Part shown: one piece after another, positions 57,460 through 64,000 of the stretch
Position numbering within the stretch: the stretch's first letter is position 1
Layout: each line of letters starts with the position of its first letter
From: an uncultured virus (IMG/VR IMGVR_UViG_3300001282_000003)
Taxonomy: Duplodnaviria; Heunggongvirae; Uroviricota; Caudoviricetes
Strand: one strand, 5' to 3'
Virus record (IMG/VR): IMGVR_UViG_3300001282_000003
Length of the DNA stretch: 64,000 bases
Position numbers and translations under genes: made by a program
Notes under the pieces: generated by a model
Database searches by the model: none
Told to the model about the DNA's origin: nothing
What the model saw: the letters and a program-made list of their open reading frames with translations, nothing else

Positions 57460-58748
57460 TATTCAAATATTACTTCAGCTCTTCTGTAGTTTAAGTCATA
57501 TGAACTAAATCCAAAGATATCACAGATTCTTTCAAATTTATCATCACAACTTTCTTCAGATGGTAATTCACCATCATAAGCATAAGAACTAAATTCTAAT
57601 TTTGTTTCATAATCACCTATTCTTATACTTTCAACTCTGAATCCTAACTTTTCAACTTCTTCTCTTAACTCATCTTCATCAGGCAATTCGAATTTATCAT
57701 TTTCAATATCTGTCTTACTAAATTCAAAAAATACCCAATCAATTTTAACTTCTTTACCTTTTCCACTAGTTTCACTACGCCAAGCACCATCAGATCCTGC
57801 TCTAAAAGTAGAAAGAACCCAACCATCTTCACCTAATCTACCAATTGTGGATTGCATGTTATCAAGCACTACCATTAAGTTATTATAACTACCATCTTTA
57901 GGTGAATAAACAATAGTAAATTTACTAACCGTTTTATTTTTAGATACAAGAACTGGTTTGAAGTTTTGATACCTTGTATTCTTCTCAAGATAATCTGTAT
58001 AAGTCATTTCACCAGTAGATGATTTGAATGTTATCTTTTCACCTTCATCAATAAAGTCTAACATAGTATCAACTATCTTATCAACTTCATTTTCAATACC
58101 GTGTGATTCTCTTAAAAAAGAAACATACTTATCTACTTTTCTTTTCTTTAACTCACCATTATCAAATTTATAGTATTTATAATTACCATCTTTATTAAGA
58201 ACAACATAGAAAGCATCTGGTTTAACATATTTCAAATAACTTTTTGTAGTTTGTAGTTGAGTTGAGTAGACATGGTCGATATAATCATCATCTGCCGTAT
58301 GACCACCCGTCATTCCTCTTTTTTTGTTTTGTGACTTAGCAGTCTCAACATCAATTAAAATTAAGATAAACATTATCTTATATCCTAATTTTTGAGCGTC
58401 TTTTGTAATTTCAAAAACATTTATATCATTTGAGCCAGTTGTGTCATAGATAAAGTTTTGACCGCTTTTCATATAATGTTTTAATGAAGTAATATTTAAT
58501 TCAGAAGCTCCTTTGTAATAGTCAGACTTGTCTTTAGTAAACAAATAAGAAACATCATCTGTTGAAAATGTTTTGATATTTGAATTATGAGGAACAATGA
58601 ATCTATTGGCAAATGTAGACTTACCAGAACCAGGTAGACCTAAAAGAACAATGCCAAGTTTTTCTTTCATCCTATTGATTTCAGGAATAGGATCATTCTT
58701 AGAATACTCTTCATTTACAAAACCACTGAAATTGTTAATAACTTTCAT
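57456..58748 (-). CDS. P-loop kinase (AAA_33/zeta-toxin/PNK-like) fused to an unknown domain; capsid-targeting-like motifs
   Basis: GLPGSGKS, FIYDTTG; N-terminal FSGFVNEE and internal YVSFLRES; AATATATA 58755-58762. Confidence 0.72.
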   Translation of the reverse strand: MKVINNFSGFVNEEYSKNDPIPEINRMKEKLGIVLLGLPGSGKSTFANRFIVPHNSNIKTFSTDDVSYLFTKDKSDYYKGASELNITSLKHYMKSGQNFIYDTTGSNDINVFEITKDAQKLGYKIMFILILIDVETAKSQNKKRGMTGGHTADDDYIDHVYSTQLQTTKSYLKYVKPDAFYVVLNKDGNYKYYKFDNGELKKRKVDKYVSFLRESHGIENEVDKIVDTMLDFIDEGEKITFKSSTGEMTYTDYLEKNTRYQNFKPVLVSKNKTVSKFTIVYSPKDGSYNNLMVVLDNMQSTIGRLGEDGWVLSTFRAGSDGAWRSETSGKGKEVKIDWVFFEFSKTDIENDKFELPDEDELREEVEKLGFRVESIRIGDYETKLEFSSYAYDGELPSEESCDDKFERICDIFGFSSYDLNYRRAEVIFEY

Positions 58749-58827
58749 ATTTTTTATATATTAAATTTTCAATAATCATTTTGTTTATCAAGAAAAGTTT
58801 CCTATATTTGTAGAAACAATTTTATAT

Positions 58828-59682
58828 ATGAAAGGCTTTAGAAACTACAACAAAACAGAACTCTTCAACACAATCGATAAAATTTCCATTGAAAAGGTTG
58901 GAAGTCAGGTTGTCACTAAATTTGACAATCGTGTTATAAACACATCAAATGTCTCTAATCGTTATGAGATTTTTGATATTGTTAAGTATCTAAAAGACAA
59001 GATTGAACTTATTGAGAAAAACTTTACCATCACTAAATATAATTTTAGATTGACAAGAGGTCAACAATCACTTACACTTGTTTCCGATAGTGTTGAGATT
59101 GGTGGTGTTGAATTCCATAAATCATTTTACATACTAAACTCAACTGATAAATCAAGACGTTTGAGTTTCAATGCTGGTCTGAAATCAGATAACTTCTATA
59201 CCATCGGTATGAACAATGTTGGAATGAATAAGAAACACCTTACTGGTGTTACACAAGCCGCAGAAGATGCTTCAGTTGGTTTGAACGGTGAAACATTTGA
59301 CGAACAAATTGAATCTTTACAATCTTTAGTAGGACATCGTATACATTTTTCTAAACTTCGTCAGATTATTCTTGGTGATAAAGAAGAAATTCCACAAATC
59401 AATCACCGTAAGTTTGATGCGTTTAAGAACACAGTTCGTTATGCTAGTTCTGACCGTAAAATTAACTTAACATCTGAGCAACATAAGCAATTGTTTCAAA
59501 ATTCTGAAGCAATGAAAGAAGTTGAGCACGATTTTTACTTAGATGCTTTCTGGTCTTTTCAAATGTATTTGAGATTGTTTAATAAGCAAGATTCTCACAT
59601 TATTAAGAATGAGACAGAACGAATTATGAAAATGACTCAGTGGGCTGTTCGTAATTCAGTTTTGGAAGCTTTAGGAATTTAA
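58828..59682 (+). CDS. hypothetical protein, DUF932-like
   Basis: ILNSTDKS...FNAG motif; TATATTTG 58803-58810. Confidence 0.55.
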   Translation: MKGFRNYNKTELFNTIDKISIEKVGSQVVTKFDNRVINTSNVSNRYEIFDIVKYLKDKIELIEKNFTITKYNFRLTRGQQSLTLVSDSVEIGGVEFHKSFYILNSTDKSRRLSFNAGLKSDNFYTIGMNNVGMNKKHLTGVTQAAEDASVGLNGETFDEQIESLQSLVGHRIHFSKLRQIILGDKEEIPQINHRKFDAFKNTVRYASSDRKINLTSEQHKQLFQNSEAMKEVEHDFYLDAFWSFQMYLRLFNKQDSHIIKNETERIMKMTQWAVRNSVLEALGI

Positions 59683-59704
59683 TTATATTTGTAAAAAGAA
59701 AAAT

Positions 59705-60211
59705 ATGTTAAGAGAAGATAATTCAGGATTTGTTAATTTTCCTATACCAGGTAAAGTTTTCAATCGTTTAGAGACTGGTAAGACATTTGTATATCTTGTT
59801 GCGTTTGATTCTGAGGATGTATCAAACAAAGCATATGAGTTATCTAATCTTAGATTAATATCTACTGGTACTTTCATTGCTGATGATATCAGTATGAGAG
59901 CCAGACCAAAGACATCTGGTAAAATGTCTATTGATGAACTTATTAAGAATAAGTTAAAAGATGATGAATATGATAATCTTTATTTTCCAAACTCTGGTGA
60001 TAAAGACGATCTTAAAAAGTTAATGTCTATTCCTTTAACAACTTGTATTTGTATGGGTTGGTCTGATTATACTTTTGATGTAAAAGATGATTTAGGATTT
60101 TGGAATGCTTCGTTCAGAGACTTAACAAATGAAGGTAGAAAACTTTACTACTCAATAAAAAAGTTACACAATAATAAAGAAGTTAGAATTTTAACTTTTA
60201 ACAATATTTAA
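59705..60211 (+). CDS. hypothetical protein
   Basis: ORF behind TATATTTG 59684-59691. Confidence 0.7.
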   Translation: MLREDNSGFVNFPIPGKVFNRLETGKTFVYLVAFDSEDVSNKAYELSNLRLISTGTFIADDISMRARPKTSGKMSIDELIKNKLKDDEYDNLYFPNSGDKDDLKKLMSIPLTTCICMGWSDYTFDVKDDLGFWNASFRDLTNEGRKLYYSIKKLHNNKEVRILTFNNI

Positions 60212-60259
60212 TTTGTGTTAGTCAAAAATAAAAACTAAATTTGTATAAAAAATAACCAT

Positions 60260-61645
60260 ATGGCATACGAAAGAAAAACATTTGATTTAATCATATCAGA
60301 AGAGTTAAAAGCCGTGTTATCAGAAATTGAATCTGATTCACAGGTAGCAAGATTGTTACTAAAGAAAAGACATGATAAAGAAGACTTGGTTGATGATCCA
60401 ATCAATTTCATTTCTGTTGCTCAAGATAAAACTAAAGTTTCTTATCTAACTACAGATAGGATTGCTAAAATTGAAGACCCTTCTTTATACTGGTCTTCTT
60501 CTCGTAGATTTGCCGTAAAACCGGGTGGATTTATTTCTAAATTATTCAAAGACATTCCGGCTAAAGAGGTAGAGAAATTCTCTAACCTTTATCGTGCTCA
60601 GTCTAACAAGGCTAAGTTCACATTCAAAATAGTTGATGGTGATTATATCAAAACTTACTACCATATCAACTCATATGCTCAAGAGCGTGGTACGCTTGGT
60701 GCTTCTTGTATGAAGTATGACAACTGCCAAGATTATTTTGGTATCTATACAGAGAACACTGACAAAGTAAAATTGTTAGTTATGTTAAACGAAGATGGTG
60801 GTCTTATGGGTCGTGCTCTTCTATGGGACTTTGATACTAATAAGATTATGGATCGTATTTATACGATTGTTGATGAAGAGTTTGTATTCCAATTCAAAAA
60901 ATGGGCAACTGATAACGGTTACCTTTATAAATCAGAGCAAAACTGGTATAATACTTTGTTCTTTGAAAACCTTTCAACTGAAAAGAAAGAGTTAAAACTT
61001 TCTATCAAGTTAGATAACTCAAAGTTTAGACGTTATCCTTATGTTGATACATTCAAATTCTTCGATGAAGAAAAAGGATTGTTATTGAACTATATGGAGG
61101 GTCATGAGTTCAGAACACTTTGTGCTTCTGATGGTGGTAAATACGGCTCAGACTATTTAGCATTTGATGATATTGACCGTGTTCTTCGTCATAGAGGTGA
61201 TTCAGTTTATGTTCGTTACTTAGACATCAGAACTTCTCATAATAATGTTAACTACTCTGAAATTCATGATCAATACATTCTTTGTAGAGACGCTAGATAT
61301 GATGAAGAAATTGGTGAATATCTTTTCAATGAAGAGAATGATAGATTCAACAACACTGAGAGAATCAATGAGAGAAGAGAATATCTTAGAAAGAGAAGAG
61401 AAGAAAAAGAAAAAACTCCTCGTAAAAAGAAATCTACATCTTCTTGGATTGAATCTCTTATGGGTAGCTCTGGTTTAACTGAAGATACTATTAACGAAGT
61501 GTATCAAAGAATAACTCAACAAACTGGTATTCCTCAAGGTTACTTTAGTTTGGATTATGATTATGCTAATACTGTAGCGAGAGACAACTACACTGTTGTT
61601 CCACAAGATGAAGAACCTGTTCCAGTACCAGAACCTGAACAATAA
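60260..61645 (+). CDS. conserved phage hypothetical protein
   Basis: SCM...GRALLW...MDRIY...YPYVDT motifs; TAAATTTG 60236-60243. Confidence 0.7.
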   Translation: MAYERKTFDLIISEELKAVLSEIESDSQVARLLLKKRHDKEDLVDDPINFISVAQDKTKVSYLTTDRIAKIEDPSLYWSSSRRFAVKPGGFISKLFKDIPAKEVEKFSNLYRAQSNKAKFTFKIVDGDYIKTYYHINSYAQERGTLGASCMKYDNCQDYFGIYTENTDKVKLLVMLNEDGGLMGRALLWDFDTNKIMDRIYTIVDEEFVFQFKKWATDNGYLYKSEQNWYNTLFFENLSTEKKELKLSIKLDNSKFRRYPYVDTFKFFDEEKGLLLNYMEGHEFRTLCASDGGKYGSDYLAFDDIDRVLRHRGDSVYVRYLDIRTSHNNVNYSEIHDQYILCRDARYDEEIGEYLFNEENDRFNNTERINERREYLRKRREEKEKTPRKKKSTSSWIESLMGSSGLTEDTINEVYQRITQQTGIPQGYFSLDYDYANTVARDNYTVVPQDEEPVPVPEPEQ

Positions 61646-61650
61646 TACAC

Positions 61651-61674
61651 AAACCCTCGTCAAGAGGGTTTTTT
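61651..61674 (+). terminator. intrinsic terminator
   Basis: AAACCCTC-gtcaa-GAGGGTTT plus T run. Confidence 0.8.
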
Positions 61675-61728
61675 ATTTTAAACTTTATCACTATTTCCGT
61701 ATAAAACATAAAAATATAGTGATGATAG

Positions 61729-62481
61729 ATGATAGAATTGCTTCGCAATCAACTAGACTGTTTTGAGGATATTAAATTTGAATTTGACCCGGTAGCTCAC
61801 CGATACACATATGAAGGTGAACCTTTTATTTCTGTAACAAGATTCATACAACAATTTCATAAACCGTTTGAACAAGACTACTGGTCTAAAAAGAAAGCCG
61901 AACAAGCCGGAGTTCCACAAGATTGGATTTTAGCCGAGTGGAAAAAATTAAATGATTATGCCAACGAAGTTGGTACAGATACTCACCAATGGATTGAAGA
62001 TTACTTTAATCAAATATGGAAACCACTTCCAAATAACTTAGATGTTATACATCGCATAAATAAATTCAATAAGATTTATGCTAAACAATTATTCAAGTTA
62101 GAACCATTGAAGTTCGAGGTAAGAGTATTCTCACCAAAGTGGAAAATAGCTGGAATGATTGACTCTTTATTTTTATATAGAGGTAAGATTTACATTCTTG
62201 ACTGGAAAACTAATAAAGATTTTACAGATGATAATCATCCTAAAGGAATCTATGAGAAATTACTTGCTCCTTTTCAAGACCATTTCAAAAATCATCTTAA
62301 TGAATACTCAATACAACTTTCACTTTACTCACTTATCTTAGAAGAGTGGGGCTTTCAAGTAGGTGGTGCTTACATTGTTCACATTGGACCAGGAGATGAA
62401 GATGCTGAATTATATAAAGTAGTTGATATGAGAGACAATCTAAAATTATTCTTAAATGGATCTATACAAGAGTCTAATTAA
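61729..62481 (+). CDS. PD-(D/E)XK exonuclease (RecB/Cas4-like family)
   Basis: ISVT, GTDTH, E...IAGMID, ILDWKT, QLSLY motifs. Confidence 0.85.
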   Translation: MIELLRNQLDCFEDIKFEFDPVAHRYTYEGEPFISVTRFIQQFHKPFEQDYWSKKKAEQAGVPQDWILAEWKKLNDYANEVGTDTHQWIEDYFNQIWKPLPNNLDVIHRINKFNKIYAKQLFKLEPLKFEVRVFSPKWKIAGMIDSLFLYRGKIYILDWKTNKDFTDDNHPKGIYEKLLAPFQDHFKNHLNEYSIQLSLYSLILEEWGFQVGGAYIVHIGPGDEDAELYKVVDMRDNLKLFLNGSIQESN

Positions 62482-62761
62482 TGACGATGAATTCTTAGAT
62501 TACTTCTGTGATGTCTTAGAGGATAACATTTCCGAAAAAGCAAAATATAAAGTTAGTATTGGTTTTAAGAAACATGACATGTCTATATTCTTTTTTATAG
62601 ATGGTTCATCTATATTACAGGTTATGCCTGATAAGGATTTACAATACACATATGCTAATGTTCCTTCTTATGAAGATGAAATACAACATTCGATTAATAT
62701 TATTGAGAAACAATATAAACGAGATAAAACGATAGAAGATATCATAAAAAAAGAGAGTTAA
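62456..62761 (+). CDS. hypothetical protein with C-terminal tag
   Basis: ends KRDKTIEDIIKKES. Confidence 0.7.
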   Translation: MDLYKSLINDDEFLDYFCDVLEDNISEKAKYKVSIGFKKHDMSIFFFIDGSSILQVMPDKDLQYTYANVPSYEDEIQHSINIIEKQYKRDKTIEDIIKKES

Positions 62762-62779
62762 ATATTTAACTCTCTTTTT
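62748..62779. terminator. bidirectional intrinsic terminator
   Basis: AAAAAGAGAGTTAAAT/ATTTAACTCTCTTTTT inverted repeat between convergent genes. Confidence 0.8.
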
Positions 62780-62799
62780 GTTTATAGATATTTTACAGA

Positions 62800-63288
62800 T
62801 TAGATTTGTGGACCTACAGCTTCACCTGAAACAGTTTCAACTTCAGTGTAGTACACACCTTTTTCTTTAATAACTTCTAAGATTTGCTCAGTAGCATCGA
62901 TGTTATCTGTATTAAAAATAACTTCCATTTTACCCATAACCAAATTGATTGAATTAGCAGTAGCCCATTCTTCAACAATAACTGCTAGTTGTTCAAAAAC
63001 ATTTGTATTTAATTCATCAGACATTTCTTTAAGTTTTCTTTTAAAGTCTTGGTCTAATTTCATTAATTTGTCTTGGATTTGTCTAAATGCTTCCATATCT
63101 CTTTTTTGAGATGCTTCATCCAGTACTAAATCTGATTGAGATCTTTTAATGATAGTTTCCATTTCCTTTTTATCAGGATCTATACTTTCTAACATTTTTC
63201 TTTTTTCAGATTCGATTTGTTTGTAACCTTCAACATATGGTTGAAAGTTTCTTGTTAAAACTTCAAAGTCTATTACTCTTAATTCCAT
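62800..63288 (-). CDS. OmpH/Skp-like chaperone lacking an obvious signal peptide
   Basis: RVIDFEVL start, long coiled coil, WATANSINLVM...DATEQIL ending typical of Skp. Confidence 0.7.
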   Translation of the reverse strand: MELRVIDFEVLTRNFQPYVEGYKQIESEKRKMLESIDPDKKEMETIIKRSQSDLVLDEASQKRDMEAFRQIQDKLMKLDQDFKRKLKEMSDELNTNVFEQLAVIVEEWATANSINLVMGKMEVIFNTDNIDATEQILEVIKEKGVYYTEVETVSGEAVGPQI

Positions 63289-63342
63289 TTAAAATATTTT
63301 TTCTTATTATAGATTAAATAGGTAAAAATGTTTAATGATTAT

Positions 63343-63894
63343 TTAAGAAAGAAGATAGTCAATAGCCACTTTATATCTATTAACTAGATTAGTTTCCTCT
63401 GATGCTTGAGGATTTTCAATATTTACTATTACACTTGATGTTGCTCCAAGCTTAGTAACTTCTAAATAAGTAACTCTTGTACCAATCAATTTAGCGTATT
63501 GTTTATTTTGTAAATAATATTTAGCGTCTTCTGAGAGTTGATCCATTTCTAGAATCTTACCAAGATTCTGATTATTATTATCTCTGAAAATATTAAATCC
63601 CATTTGATAAACACCCTTTGTATCTAAAGCTTTTTTAATTTTTTTAGAAACGGGTGTGTTTGTTTGAAATAATATCTCTTCCCAAGTTTTATTTTTAACA
63701 TCTGCTATACTAGAATAATCTTTTATGTCAATTTGATAACTATAAAATAAAGTTAATTCAAGGTAATTATAATCACCTTTAGAGATTAAATCATCTATTA
63801 TTTTATGATACTCATAGATTTGTTCTCTACCTTTTGTAGCTAACTTATCTATTTGATTAAATATCTTTTGAATTTTCTTTTTATCTGGACTCAT
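63343..63894 (-). CDS. hypothetical protein (late-type promoter)
   Basis: 183 aa ORF behind AATATATA 63899-63906. Confidence 0.7.
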   Translation of the reverse strand: MSPDKKKIQKIFNQIDKLATKGREQIYEYHKIIDDLISKGDYNYLELTLFYSYQIDIKDYSSIADVKNKTWEEILFQTNTPVSKKIKKALDTKGVYQMGFNIFRDNNNQNLGKILEMDQLSEDAKYYLQNKQYAKLIGTRVTYLEVTKLGATSSVIVNIENPQASEETNLVNRYKVAIDYLLS

Positions 63895-63904
63895 AATTTA
63901 TATA

Positions 63905-64000
63905 TTAATCTTCTACTCCGTCTTCATCATGACTAGAGTGTTGTATATGACAAACGATAGAAAACATAGAAGATTCAGCAAATGAAAACTCTGGTTCAAA
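63905..64000 (-). CDS. 3' end of a CDS running in from beyond the window
   Basis: open frame FEPEFSFAESSMFSIVCHIQHSSHDEDGVED-stop. Confidence 0.5.
   Translation of the reverse strand, partial: FEPEFSFAESSMFSIVCHIQHSSHDEDGVED

Noticed and set aside
61729..62481. Cas4 as part of a CRISPR-Cas system
   Set aside because: No Fe-S cysteine cluster, no cas neighbours and no array; treated as a stand-alone PD-(D/E)XK exonuclease.
1..64000. Genome-wide TAG recoding (code 15) suggested by the CUA tRNA
   Set aside because: Long conserved genes are uninterrupted in code 11, coding density is high, and TAG ends genes at natural boundaries (for example right after the tag at 8207 and at the rhomboid end).
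1..64000. Bacterial chromosome or eukaryotic giant virus origin
   Set aside because: T4-type topoisomerase and RNase H, many short orphan genes and no housekeeping operons argue against a chromosome; Bacteroidota promoters, NusG, TBDT and T9SS cargo argue against a eukaryotic virus.

Overview
AT-rich, gene-dense segment of a very large T4-like (jumbo) phage. About 17 copies of the Bacteroidota housekeeping promoter element TAnnTTTG, two T9SS-sorted proteins and a TonB-dependent receptor point to a Bacteroidota host. The window encodes T4-type replication and repair genes (topoisomerase II subunits, RNase H/5'-exonuclease, dCMP deaminase, UvsE, two DNA methylases), NusG, a MoxR-like AAA+ ATPase and a VWA protein. 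It also has host-derived metabolic and envelope genes, four tRNA genes (one atypical, with a CUA anticodon), a compact RNase P RNA, a CCA-adding enzyme and RNA-repair enzymes. Two mutually exclusive peptide tags run through the window. (1) More than 20 unrelated proteins end in a shared R-x-x-K-[IL]-x-x-[IL]-[IL] helix. Three tiny translationally coupled tagged genes (4973-5433, two missing from the ORF track) look like fragments of the major capsid protein, prohead protease and portal, which suggests a decoy or adaptor system. (2) About 15 proteins start with an MK-x-LK-x-[FY]-x-E motif like the T4 capsid-targeting sequence, and all lie behind an AATATATA late-type promoter. All family assignments come from motifs recognised by eye; no database searches were run.
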